The notes under the pieces: model-generated
Told to the model about the DNA's origin: nothing
Databases searched by the model: none
Seen by the model: the letters and a program-made list of their open reading frames with translations, nothing else
NCBI GenBank assembly: GCA_013265495.1
Contig: MU058252.1
Location: 1,584,244-1,648,243, forward strand
Direction: 5' to 3'
From: Vicugna vicugna
Taxonomy: Eukaryota
Length of the DNA stretch: 64,000 nucleotides
In this document: positions 24,601 to 32,861 of the stretch, piece by piece
How the letters are laid out: each line of letters starts with the position of its first letter
Position numbering within the stretch: the first letter of the stretch is position 1
Position numbers and translations under genes: made by a program

Positions 24601-27600
24601 AAGAGAAGTAACGCTCCGGAGTCAAGGGAAGACAGCTGCCATCAGCCGCGTCAGGTGACGCTGAGATGAGGCCCCGCAGCCCCGAGGCCACGAGCGTCGC
24701 GTGGGTGTCTGCTAGGACAGTGTGGGTACCGCACTGTCCAAGGTTTAGAAACAGGTTTGTTCAGGCTTTGGTGGGATTGCAGTCTTTGAGTTCAGTTTGA
24801 GGGTCAAAAGAACTCTTGTCCCTAAGGAGAGATAGCCTTTCAGGAACGCAGTTGAGGGGCGGTTGCCCGGAGCTTCTGACCGAGCTGCCATTTTAACCTG
24901 CAGCGAGTGGTTGGGGTGGAGGCCTCGCTGTGTGCATTTCACTCGCCACCAGTTGACTGGGGAAGTGGGGAAGTACGCAGGGCGGCGGCCAGGGGGCGCT
25001 GTGTGTCTGCCAAACTGGGTTGAGAGTAAGAATAGAGCCTCTGGCACAAACTCTACTTAGCATTACAGGATCGGGGATTTTTGTTATTTTTGGTACCATC
25101 TAAGGTGTTAATTAAATGAACGTACTATTAATATAGACTTGATCTTTCTAACCTAAGTGCCAGGTGACTAACAGGTGCGTGTAGGTTTATGATGATCTAG
25201 GTGCTAGGATCTCCTTTTACTAGTGTAAGGACAGGGCCTTTCCGTTTGGAGAGAGAATGTACAGTTGAGGCTTTTATTTGGCATCGTGGAATAAACCTTT
25301 AGGCGGCAGAGTAAGGTCCTGCCGTAACTGCTGAGGTCTGTCAACAGATCCAGTTAACACAGCGGACCACCGCGCTGAGTGGAAGGGTGCTGTGCAAATA
25401 AGGGTCCGTGGCCACTGCAACCTAAAAAACAGCGTTAGGGTAGAAAATTGAGACTCTACAGATGAGCAGAGATTATTATTTCCAGCTTAAAATGCATTTA
25501 GAAAATTTGAGAAGTACTAAAATCTTTAATAAGAAGAATAGCAGTCACCTCTTATTACTTTGACTATCTTTCTCCTTTGTTTTTTTAAAATATAAATAGG
25601 AAGATAAATGTATCACGTTCCAGCCGGGCGGCCCTCTGCTCTGACCAGCCTTCCCCCAGGGCTGGTCACCTTAGGCCGTGCCCACCCCCGTCTGCACTTT
25701 CTGCCCTGGAGGCTGCAGTTCTGCAAACAGAGCCCGCATCCGGGGGGGGCTGGGATTCTAGGCTGAGTCAGGGATTCGGGGATGAGAACAGTCTGGGTGC
25801 TCTCGCTTGGAAGCAGCAGCCAAGCAGAGTACAGGGGCTCGTCCTGGCCGGCAGCCCGCCTGGTTAGGGCCGGGCAGGAGATGTTATGTCCGTGTGTGCT
25901 GCCGGCCGCGGGCCGCTGACTGCCTTGTCCGCGTGGACGGTGCCCGCTGGGTGCACCCACACTGGCTGCGGCTTCCTTGTCTGTAGCAGCTGGTAGGAGT
26001 TAATGTGTGAAATGTGAGGATGAATTTGGATGGTCTTGCTCTGAGCACACTTCTGCCTGCAGGTGGCACACGTCAGGCGGGAGAGCCTTGGGGACTCCAC
26101 GCTGTTGCCTGGAAGTGAGTGTGCAGGAGGCCCCTCGTCCAGCTTCCTTCCTGCCAAGTCTCAGCTCCTGCAGCCTCTTCAGTGAGGCCTCAACTCAAAG
26201 TAGCCCTCCCTCCACCACTTTCTGTTATATCGCCCTGTCTTAAAAATGCAGCTTTGAGATATAATTACATACAATAAGCCGCATCTGCTTTAAGTGTACA
26301 GTTTGAAGAGTTTTGACACGTTTACAAAGCCATGTAGCCACCACCACAGCTCAGACACAGGACAGAACCGTCACCTGCGAGAGGCCCCCTGCCCTCAGCC
26401 CCAGCCCCGGGGAGCTGGTCTGCCTCCCGGGAGCACAGGTGAGACACGAACCCCCGGAGTCTCGCAGACGTGGGCTCGTGCGGTGAGTTCTCTGTTTCTG
26501 ACTCCTTTTCCTTAGTTCATGTTTTCGTGTTGCCGGTGACGTAGTTCATTCCTCTCTAGTGCCGAGAGGCGTCTGCTGTGTGGAGTTGCCAGTGTGCCCA
26601 CTGTTGGGAATTTGGGTTGTTTCCAGTTTTTGGCTGCTTCAGAAAACCTGCTGTGAACATTTGGGTACAGTCTGTGTGGGTATGTTTTATTCCCTTGGGT
26701 GGGTACTTAGGCACGCAGTTGCTTTGTCCTATGGCAAGTGTGTGTCTGACTTAATAAAAACTCCTGAACTTTTCCCACAGTGGTCATACCATTTTCACCC
26801 CCACCAACGATGTACAGGAATTTCATTTGTTCATATTTTAACCTGAAGTTGGTGTGTAATGGCTGTAATTTGTATGGTCCTGATTGCAAATGCTGTTGAC
26901 TGTCTTGTCAGGCACGTAGTGGTCACTTTGTGTCTTCTTTTGTGACATGTCTCTCTGAATCTTTCGCCCATATTTTGTTGGCTTGTTTATCTTATTGAGT
27001 TGTAAGGGTTCTTTTTATATTCTGGACACAAGTCCTTCGTTAGATGTGTAAGTGCTTTTTCCTAGTCTGTGGCTCATCTTTTCATTTTCTTAGTGATATC
27101 TTTTGAAGAACAGTTTTCATTTTATGAAGTCCAGTGTATCCATTTTTATTTTTATGGTTCATACTTTTTGTATCTTATCAGAGACACCTTTGCCTATGTC
27201 AGAGTCATGAAGATTTTAAGAAAATATTTTCTTCTGGAAGTTCTGTAAGTTTTAGCCTGTACGTTTAAACTTACGATCCATATTGAGTTAAGTTGTGTGT
27301 GTGAAGTAAGGCAGTAAGTAAATGTTCCTCCCGCCACGGATGCTAATTGTTCAGCATCTTTCCCTGCTGAAGTACCTTGGCAGTTTTGTCTGTAATTGTT
27401 TTACCATGTACACAGCACTGTTTTTATTGTGTGAATGAATGAAAAAAGTGAACCTTATATGTAATGTATTTGAAGGCAACTCAAGATCTTGCAGTGCTTC
27501 TGAAGTATCATGATGAACATTCATTTTCATACTCTGGTGAATTAATTTCTAATTGAAAAACCCATTACAGAGATATGACAAGTAATTGCAATAACTGACC

Positions 27601-30600
27601 CAAGACTGTATCCTGGGCCGGAGAGAAAGATGCTGTAAAGAGTGTTCCTAGAGCAGGTGACAGAATTGGAATGGCAGTAAAGGATTAGAGAAAGGTTTTG
27701 TATTAATACAAGTTTATGAAGTTGAGACTTGTTTTCTGAGGCTTCTTTTAAGGTACGATGACGAGGATGCATTTAAATTGTGATTTTTAGGAGCAAACAG
27801 GTATGCAGTTTATGTGCAAGTGTTACCAGGTGAAGAGACCTGTCTTCAAGAAGACAGGGATGGGAGCGCCTTGTTTAACCTTATTTAAGGTGGCTGTCTG
27901 ACCTGCCAGGGGCTTGGTGCTGCCCACCTTCCCACCGGCCCTGTCAGGATGCGAGGATGCAGTCAGTGAGCGGGGGTGCCCTGAGGGCGGTGCTTTTGTA
28001 ACTGCAGCAGCCGTGCGCGGCCCCTGGACTCTGACAGGCACCGAACCCTCGCCTGTTGTGTCTGAGATGTTTCTCCGCCGGCGGCAGTGTGGCGGTGATT
28101 ATCTGTGGCGTTGGTCCTGGGGCAGGATGCTACCTGAAAGATCTAGGTTTGCAGTTAAGAAGTGATAGACGTCCGGTGGTCAGCGTGGGGAGGGGTGTTG
28201 GTGGGAGACCCTCCCTGGAGAGCCGGGACGGGCGGCGGCAGACAGGTGGGTACACAGGGAACGGGCACGCGGGTGCGCGCCTGGTCCTGGCGGCAGGCGG
28301 CCTTCCCTGGGTGCTTTTCTGCCATTAGATGTTCTGGGGGCTCTTGTGTGTAGCGCTGCTTTCCTGGGTGGGGGCAGCCGCAGGCTGTCCGTCGGGGCTC
28401 TGAGCACCCGCGGAGTCTCCCCCACTGGGAAGAGCCAGGGAAGGTTTAGCTCAGACCCGCCCCTCATTCCCGGCCCCAAAGACCAAGCCCAGAGCCTCCC
28501 TTAAAACAGGCTGCACTTGAGGCTCTCCGGGGTGGTGGGACACGTTTGTCCTGCTGAAGGCCTTGTGGAGGCTCTGGCGCTGACACGTGTCTCCAGCTCC
28601 GCAGCTGGAGAGCTTGTTCCACTTGACCCACAGTCAGCAGGTCATGGAGGTGAAACTGCTCCCTGCAGACACTGGGGGGTGGGGCGTAGGTCCCCAGTGG
28701 ACACAGCATCACTGGGTCCTCATGGTCCTGCTCCCTTCCTGCTCCCCCGATGTCACCTGCTAATCCCGAGTCTGAGTGGGGGGTTCACAAGGAAGGAGGA
28801 CGGTCCCTTCCTGCTCAGCGCTGGCTGGGAGGGGCAGTAGGAGGCCGGGGAGGACCCTTCTCGTCTACTCACCTGTCACCCGGTCACCGGGGCCAGGAGG
28901 CGCGTTTCCCCAGACCCGCAGTCTTGGTGAGGGATTTACCGTTCAGACACAGACACAGCTTCCTGGAGGAGTCCTGACCCGGGCAGTCAGGGGGCTCTGG
29001 GCTGCTGGGGGGCTCGAAGGGGAGCTTTCTTGGCTCTGTGAAGAGTTGCTTGATTTTCTTCTCTGGTTTTCTCAAGTCATATTTTCTGTAAGAAGGTGAA
29101 GTCAGAATACACTTAACTTCACTTTCATCGTCCTAAGTAATATCCTGCAGCCTGGAAGATGTGGCTTTACCTCTCACCAGAGGCTGGTAAGAGGGTTATG
29201 CAGCACCCCCCCCCCCCGTCCACACACTGGCTCCTGCGTGGCCGCTTGGCCCGTCTCGCGTCTCAGCGGGGTGGAGGGGCGGGCGGCAGGGGTGTCCCCG
29301 CTCACTCGGATGTGCCCCCTCCCCCAGCCCCCAGCAAGCCCTGCTGGTAAGGCCTGGGGGTGGGTTGGAAGGCTCCTCCCCGGTGATCACTAAGGCAAAA
29401 CAGGTAAAGGTCAAGTGTTAGTTTGGCCTTAGATTTTTATTGTAACAACTCATTTGTCGATTTACAGTTTGTTTTGACCTCCTGGACCTTGCAGAGCTTC
29501 GCACTGTCCAGAGGGAGCACGTGGGAGCAGACTTGCTCTATGCTTTCACTTGGTTACAGTTGAGGAAAAGCACTGAGACAAAGAATTTGTGACTCAAGGG
29601 GAAAAACACAGTTTATACTTTGATAGCATTAACCTTGCTTCGGTTATTATCTCTCCATGTAGGTTGAAGTGTGCTGTTCAGACCCAGTGGTTGGGCGTGT
29701 GGGGTTTTTGTTGTGGGTGGGACCCCGGAACAGGAAACTCTGCCTTGTGTCTTTTAGAACGTCGTTCTTTCTGGAGGCTCAACAATGTTCAGGGATTTCG
29801 GACGCCGACTGCAGAGAGATCTAAAGAGGGTGGTGGACGCCAGACTGAAACTCAGCGAGGAGCTCAGCGGCGGCAGAATAAAGGTTGGGGCCCGGGGGTG
29901 GGGGCAGGCTCTCAGGTGGGCCCCTGCGCCCAGCTGCCCCGCTTCCTCCCGGCCCAGAGCTGCGGGGGCCTCGCTCGGCTGGGTGGCACAGAGCACGAGG
30001 GGCCTGTGAAGCTACGTCCAGGCGCTCGCTGCCTGCACTCGTCCCCGGTGTGCGGTTAGGGCTGATGTGCCGGCAGGCTCTCTGCCCTTTGGGAGGTCAG
30101 CTTGTGGGTAATGACCAGTGTCCCAGGAGAGAGAGTCAGTTTACCCTGAGGATCGTGACTGTCCTTTGGAAGCATCCTTATTAAACTAAAATAGCTCATG
30201 TCAGCAGAGCTGTGCGTGTTCCTCCAAGATGACCATTCTTAACTAGCTGCTGACTCTCCTCAAGCTCTAAGTGAGGCTGGGCCTCGTGAGAGGTGAGTGG
30301 CAGCAAACCTGCACGTCCTCACCTGGTGGAATCACACTGTTGGCAAAATGTAATTTCTTACAATATTTTAAGAACATCTAGTTTTTTTTTTTTGAATTAT
30401 CTCTAAATGCTAAGACATCTCATTTGTTTAGTGAAAAAATAATCAGTTGGATTAGTTACTTGGATGTTTTACTTTTTAAAATGCCTTTAGGTAAAGGTAA
30501 CCCTTGACTTCTGTCGTTTTAATTTTTTTTTTTAGGGGGTAGATAATTAGGTATATCTGTTTATTTCTTTTGGTGGAGGTACTGGTGGAGGTATGCTGGG

Positions 30601-31544
30601 TACCACGTGAGCTACACCCACCCCCTGGTAACCCTTGACTTCTGTACTTTGTTCTGTATGTGGCTGGGCCCGGGGCAGGGGGGTTCAGCAGCAGGATCAG
30701 CTGAGAAGCTTCCTCTGGAGGCAGAGCAGGGCTGATGCCGCCACAGAGCAGGGATGCTTGGACCTCAGGGTGGGAGGGGCGCCTCCTGTCCGCAGAAAGG
30801 TGTCGGACACGTCTGTCCGTCCATCCGTCCGCGCTGGTGAGTAAACCCGCACCGCTTCCCCTTCCAGCCAAAGCCCGTGGAGGTCCAGGTGGTAACGCAC
30901 CACATGCAGCGCTACGCCGTGTGGTTCGGGGGCTCCATGCTCGCCTCGACCGTGAGTGCTTGTCCCGGCTGCCCTGTTGTCATGTGTGTGCCCCTGCACG
31001 CAGGTTAGGCTGTGTGTGTGCCGACCGGGTGTGGCTCTAAACAGCCGCACACTTAATTCTGCCAGATAGGAAAGATACTTCAGTCATCCTTTACATTGCA
31101 CCCCCTGCCAGTTAGGGGTTACAGGTAATACGGATGAGGGAACCGGAAATAACCCAAACGTCTTGCATTAGTTGTTAACTCCAGTGCTTTTTCCAAGTAA
31201 TTAGAAATTTTTCTCCTCCAATTTGTGACTAGCTAACGAACCGCTAATTTTGGGCAAGCACGAGAAACTGTAGATTTTTAAAAAATGAAGTCAACTCCTG
31301 TTAAGTAGTTGAGGCCCTTGGAGAGGTCGGAGTTTGTGGCAGGCCGGGCGGAGAGGGGGTTTGGGTCAGGAGAGCCATTTGCTCACTCGGGGTTTAGTCT
31401 CGTCCACTCCCGGCGCGGTCACTCTCCCTCTGCTTGTCGCCCCCGCAGCCCGAGTTCTTCCAGGTGTGCCACACCAAGAAGGACTACGAGGAGCATGGCC
31501 CCAGCGTCTGCCGCCACAGCCCCGTCTTCGGGGTCATGTCCTAG
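500..31544 (+). CDS. ACTR3B: Actin-related protein 3B (Arp3B), 5'-partial gene: join(500..624,1332..1442,10652..10747,12262..12369,15433..15576,18480..18653,20081..20173,29758..29883,30868..30951,31449..31544)
   Basis: Ten GT-AG-bounded exons of 125,111,96,108,144,174,93,126,84,96 nt splice into one open frame from [32 protein letters not shown] to [11 protein letters not shown]-paralog residues ([35 protein letters not shown]) distinguish it from ACTR3. Confidence 0.97.
1332..1442 (+). CDS. ACTR3B: ACTR3B exon 4
   Basis: tttag|TGGCCG...TTGATG|gtgagt; [37 protein letters not shown]. Confidence 0.96.
1555..2000 (-). mobile_element. Old MaLR LTR (MLT1K-like), GC-enriched
   Basis: Motifs ttattatctcacgaaacagg...cagggctggtt...ggccgcccaagttcc...agccaggggaacggaattacc resemble antisense MLT1K; family by recall. 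Confidence 0.45.
2850..3540 (+). mobile_element. Degraded hAT (Charlie-like) transposase fossil in intron 4
   Basis: 3167-3238 translates [23 protein letters not shown], aligning with the hAT motif HLLYHTEVRWLSRGKVLKRxFELR; near 3472-3497 GKL-(frameshift)-ELWLQR matches hAT KLELWxxR; upstream DWEVFGVSM resembles WxxxxGVxTDG. Confidence 0.55.
4560..5016 (-). mobile_element. MaLR LTR (MLT1J-like)
   Basis: cagtggtttaagcaag...gctgctgcagctccagtcatcacctctgtattccagg...ggccagaactt...gtctgggaaatg...tgcctgccata. Confidence 0.65.
5380..6510 (-). mobile_element. Old L1M fragments with a nested L1MB-type 3' end (~5956-6378)
   Basis: Antisense L1 3'UTR motifs (ttttgtgactggcttatttcactt, aatgtcttcaaggttc, catcaccaccatccatctcaggaactt). 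Confidence 0.8.
6885..7010 (-). mobile_element. MIR SINE fragment
   Basis: gcacttgctatgtgcc...tgaggtaggtagttatt...cccattttgcagat MIR core. Confidence 0.65.
7420..8075 (-). mobile_element. L1M fragments (nested)
   Basis: gaaatttaccctcttaac...tagaactttttccatcttgcaaaattgaaac L1MA/MB-type 3' end inside older L1ME-like sequence. Confidence 0.6.
9291..9664 (-). mobile_element. MaLR solo LTR (MLT1A0-like) with 5-bp TSD
   Basis: Typical MLT1A motifs ending ggagacacaactcagtatataaca; AAGGG duplicated at 9286-9290 and 9665-9669. Confidence 0.85.
10652..10747 (+). CDS. ACTR3B: ACTR3B exon 5
   Basis: ttacag|ACAGAA...GTTCAG|gtaagg; [32 protein letters not shown] (actin-family signature). Confidence 0.96.
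11559..11979. mobile_element. MER5A-type hAT element interrupted by MER20 (11644-11864)
   Basis: cagtggttctcaaagtgg start and gggaaccagtgg end (MER5); internal gggggcaaaattgcccctggttgagaaccactg MER20 terminus. Confidence 0.8.
12262..12369 (+). CDS. ACTR3B: ACTR3B exon 6
   Basis: gtgcag|GCAGTG...CCGGTG|gtaagc; [36 protein letters not shown] (phosphate-2 loop DSGDG). Confidence 0.96.
13168..13234 (+). mobile_element. Very short 5'-truncated artiodactyl-type L1 3' end with TSD
   Basis: taactgaatcactgtgctatacactggaaactaacacaattttgtaaatcaac...caataaaaaaa; AAAAATGCAA at 13158-13167 and 13235-13244; TTTT/AAAA endonuclease site. Confidence 0.8.
14430..14990. promoter_or_regulatory. Intragenic CpG-rich island with GC box, intron 6
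   Basis: Dense CpG; GGCCCCGCCCC near 14673; 3' part overlaps a GC-enriched MIR (~14820-15050). Confidence 0.5.
15433..15576 (+). CDS. ACTR3B: ACTR3B exon 7
   Basis: ccccag|GCGGAA...ATTAAG|gtaaaa; [48 protein letters not shown]. Confidence 0.96.
18480..18653 (+). CDS. ACTR3B: ACTR3B exon 8
   Basis: ctgcag|GAGAAG...CCAGAG|gtaaga; [58 protein letters not shown]. Confidence 0.96.
19568..19607. repeat. Perfect 20-bp tandem duplication
   Basis: TGGAATTGGATTTAAGACTT x2. Confidence 0.95.
20081..20173 (+). CDS. ACTR3B: ACTR3B exon 9 (contains Met293)
   Basis: attcag|TTTGCC...TATAAG|gtataa; [31 protein letters not shown]. Confidence 0.96.
20860..21235 (+). mobile_element. L1ME/L1MC-type 3' end fragment
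   Basis: tagaatactatgcagcccttaaaaagaatgagg...tatattgttaaatgaaaaagcaagttg; internal (TA)n. Confidence 0.7.
21990..22141. mobile_element. MER5A fragment
   Basis: cccagagattctgatataattggg...gggcatctggatttgaaaagctcccc...gttgaaaaccactg. Confidence 0.7.
23640..24170 (-). mobile_element. L2 LINE fragment, GC-enriched
   Basis: ttggactttatcctaagtgt...ttttatgcaggagg...tctgacctaggttttaggacag...ggagccaggga typical of antisense L2. Confidence 0.55.
24230..24572 (-). mobile_element. ERVL LTR (MLT2-like)
   Basis: ttttaaggag...ctggcaagtcc...gatgttaaccacatctgcag...gccaagctgacacagaagattgaccacc. Confidence 0.7.
24984..25001 (+). promoter_or_regulatory. Candidate CTCF site in intron 9
   Basis: GGCGGCCAGGGGGCGCTG, close to the CCASYAGRKGGCRS core. 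Confidence 0.5.
26243..27410 (-). mobile_element. L1MB/L1MC-type LINE fragment (~1.2 kb)
   Basis: ctttgagatataattacatacaataa...aagtgtacagtttga...tgggttgtttccagtttttggct...ttattgagttgtaagggttctttttatattctggacacaagtcc. Confidence 0.8.
29758..29883 (+). CDS. ACTR3B: ACTR3B exon 10
   Basis: ttttag|AACGTC...ATAAAG|gttggg; [42 protein letters not shown]. Confidence 0.96.
30515..30626 (-). mobile_element. Vic-1-type tRNA-Ala SINE, internally rearranged, 19-bp TSD
   Basis: GGTAACCCTTGACTTCTGT at 30496-30514 and 30627-30645; poly-T, taattagg, tggaggtactgg, tgagctacaccc. Confidence 0.8.
30868..30951 (+). CDS. ACTR3B: ACTR3B exon 11
   Basis: ttccag|CCAAAG...TCGACC|gtgagt; [28 protein letters not shown]. 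Confidence 0.96.
31449..31544 (+). CDS. ACTR3B: ACTR3B exon 12, coding part (TAG at 31542-31544)
   Basis: ccgcag|CCCGAG...[37 protein letters not shown]. Confidence 0.96.
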   Translation, partial: PEFFQVCHTKKDYEEHGPSVCRHSPVFGVMS

Positions 31545-32340
31545 CGTCGGCGTGGACACCACCGTCTGGGAGTGTCGCATCGGCGCCAAGTGTCCTTCCC
31601 GACCGGAGACGCCGCGGTCCTGTACATAGTGCGTGTGGTGTTGGTGTCAGAGCGTGCTTGTGTCGCCGCCCAGTGCATGAGGCGCCCGGGGTCCGTTCAG
31701 TAAAAGCCATCTCCGTGCCCTGTTCCACGCCCGCCCGCCCCCCGCGGCCCCCTCCCCTGGAGCTTCTAGTTCACAAATAAAATTCACAATTCAGAAAGAA
31801 TTCAACCGCGACTCTCAAAATTGTTAGGAAAAAACCTAGAATGTGGCGCAAAATAGTACCCTCCCCCTCCCCCAGGGCAGAGTATGGGGCTGCGAACCCT
31901 TTTCCTCCCAGACTATTTTTGTAAATAAAATGTTACAAACTTGAAATACAAATTGATGTTTATATTTCCAGTCATTTTGTATTTATGGTGTTTGGTACAA
32001 CTGGCCGATCTGAGCACGAGTAGATCTCGGTGTCCTGGAAGTTGTAACAAACCGTTACTAATTGTGAGGCATGTCCTGATGCTTGCAGGCAGACAAAACA
32101 GAGCAAATGCCTTTGCCACATGTTTGCTGGGAAGTGATCACACTTACCAGCGTGATCCGAAGTTTAAACACTAAGCAGCATTGTATGAGAATTATTACAG
32201 GCGATGTGTCTCTTCCTTTTCTTGTTCGAACTTTCTGAAACTGTTTTATGGAAGATGCCAGTTTGCCGGTTTGCCGTTGGTGAGTTGGATGAACTACTAC
32301 CTTGCACCGTTGTAATAAAAGCAGTTAGACTCTTTATGAA
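31545..32340 (+). other. ACTR3B: ACTR3B 3'UTR with tandem candidate polyadenylation signals
   Basis: AGTAAA 31699-31704; AATAAA at 31776-31781, 31924-31929 (within tattttgtaaataaaa, U-rich sequence downstream) and 32314-32319 (GT-rich tract downstream). True 3' end cannot be fixed from DNA alone. Confidence 0.7.
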
Positions 32341-32751
32341 GATTTCCTGTTGTGCTGTGGTGGTCTTTGGTTTCCCCCTTCACGCCCAAACGATGAAAGA
32401 ATAGTGGCGTTTGTTTCACATCGGTGTGGACTTGATGGCTGACACCAGGTCTGTCAGAGGAAGTCTCCTGGAGTGGCGAGGAGTGCCCGCCTGAGCTGGA
32501 GGTGCTGTGGGGGAGCTGGGGGGGCTGGGGGAGCCTAGTGGTGTCCAGCCTCCCTCCCTAGGGATTCAGAATTCATGACTTTAAGCTTCCAGTAACTACT
32601 CTGACTGAGTAGACTGCTGGGTCTAAAGGTCATTTGCTAAATTACGAGATTCAGTTTTATCCCATTCTTCTTGTAATACTTTTTAAACTGTTATTATGGT
32701 ATTTCTTCTAAGATATAAAGTATATTTTACTCTCTGAAAATCTGCCTTTGT

Positions 32752-32861
32752 TTTTAGTTTTTTTTTCTTCTAATTATTTTTGATGGAGGTACTGGAGGTT
32801 GAACCCAGGACCTGGTGCATGCTGAGCACATGGTCTACCCCTGAAGTTTACCCCTATCCCC
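32752..32861 (-). mobile_element. Vic-1-type tRNA-Ala SINE
   Basis: tggaggtactggaggttgaacccaggacctggtgcatgctgagcac; TSD CTGAAAAT(C/T)TGCCTTTGT at 32734-32751 and 32862-32879. Confidence 0.85.

Noticed and set aside
27510..27598. Intronic C/D-box snoRNA (ATGATGA...CTGA)
   Set aside because: No terminal stem and no recognisable rRNA/snRNA guide sequence.
500..31544. Assignment as ACTR3, ACTR3C or a pseudogene
   Set aside because: B-type residues, presence of exons 3-4 and 10-12, intact frame and canonical splice sites all indicate functional ACTR3B.
31542..31703. Stop-codon readthrough extension (frame open to TAA near 31701)
   Set aside because: Stop is TAG-CGT, not the UGA-CUAG motif; an open frame of this length is expected in a GC-rich UTR.
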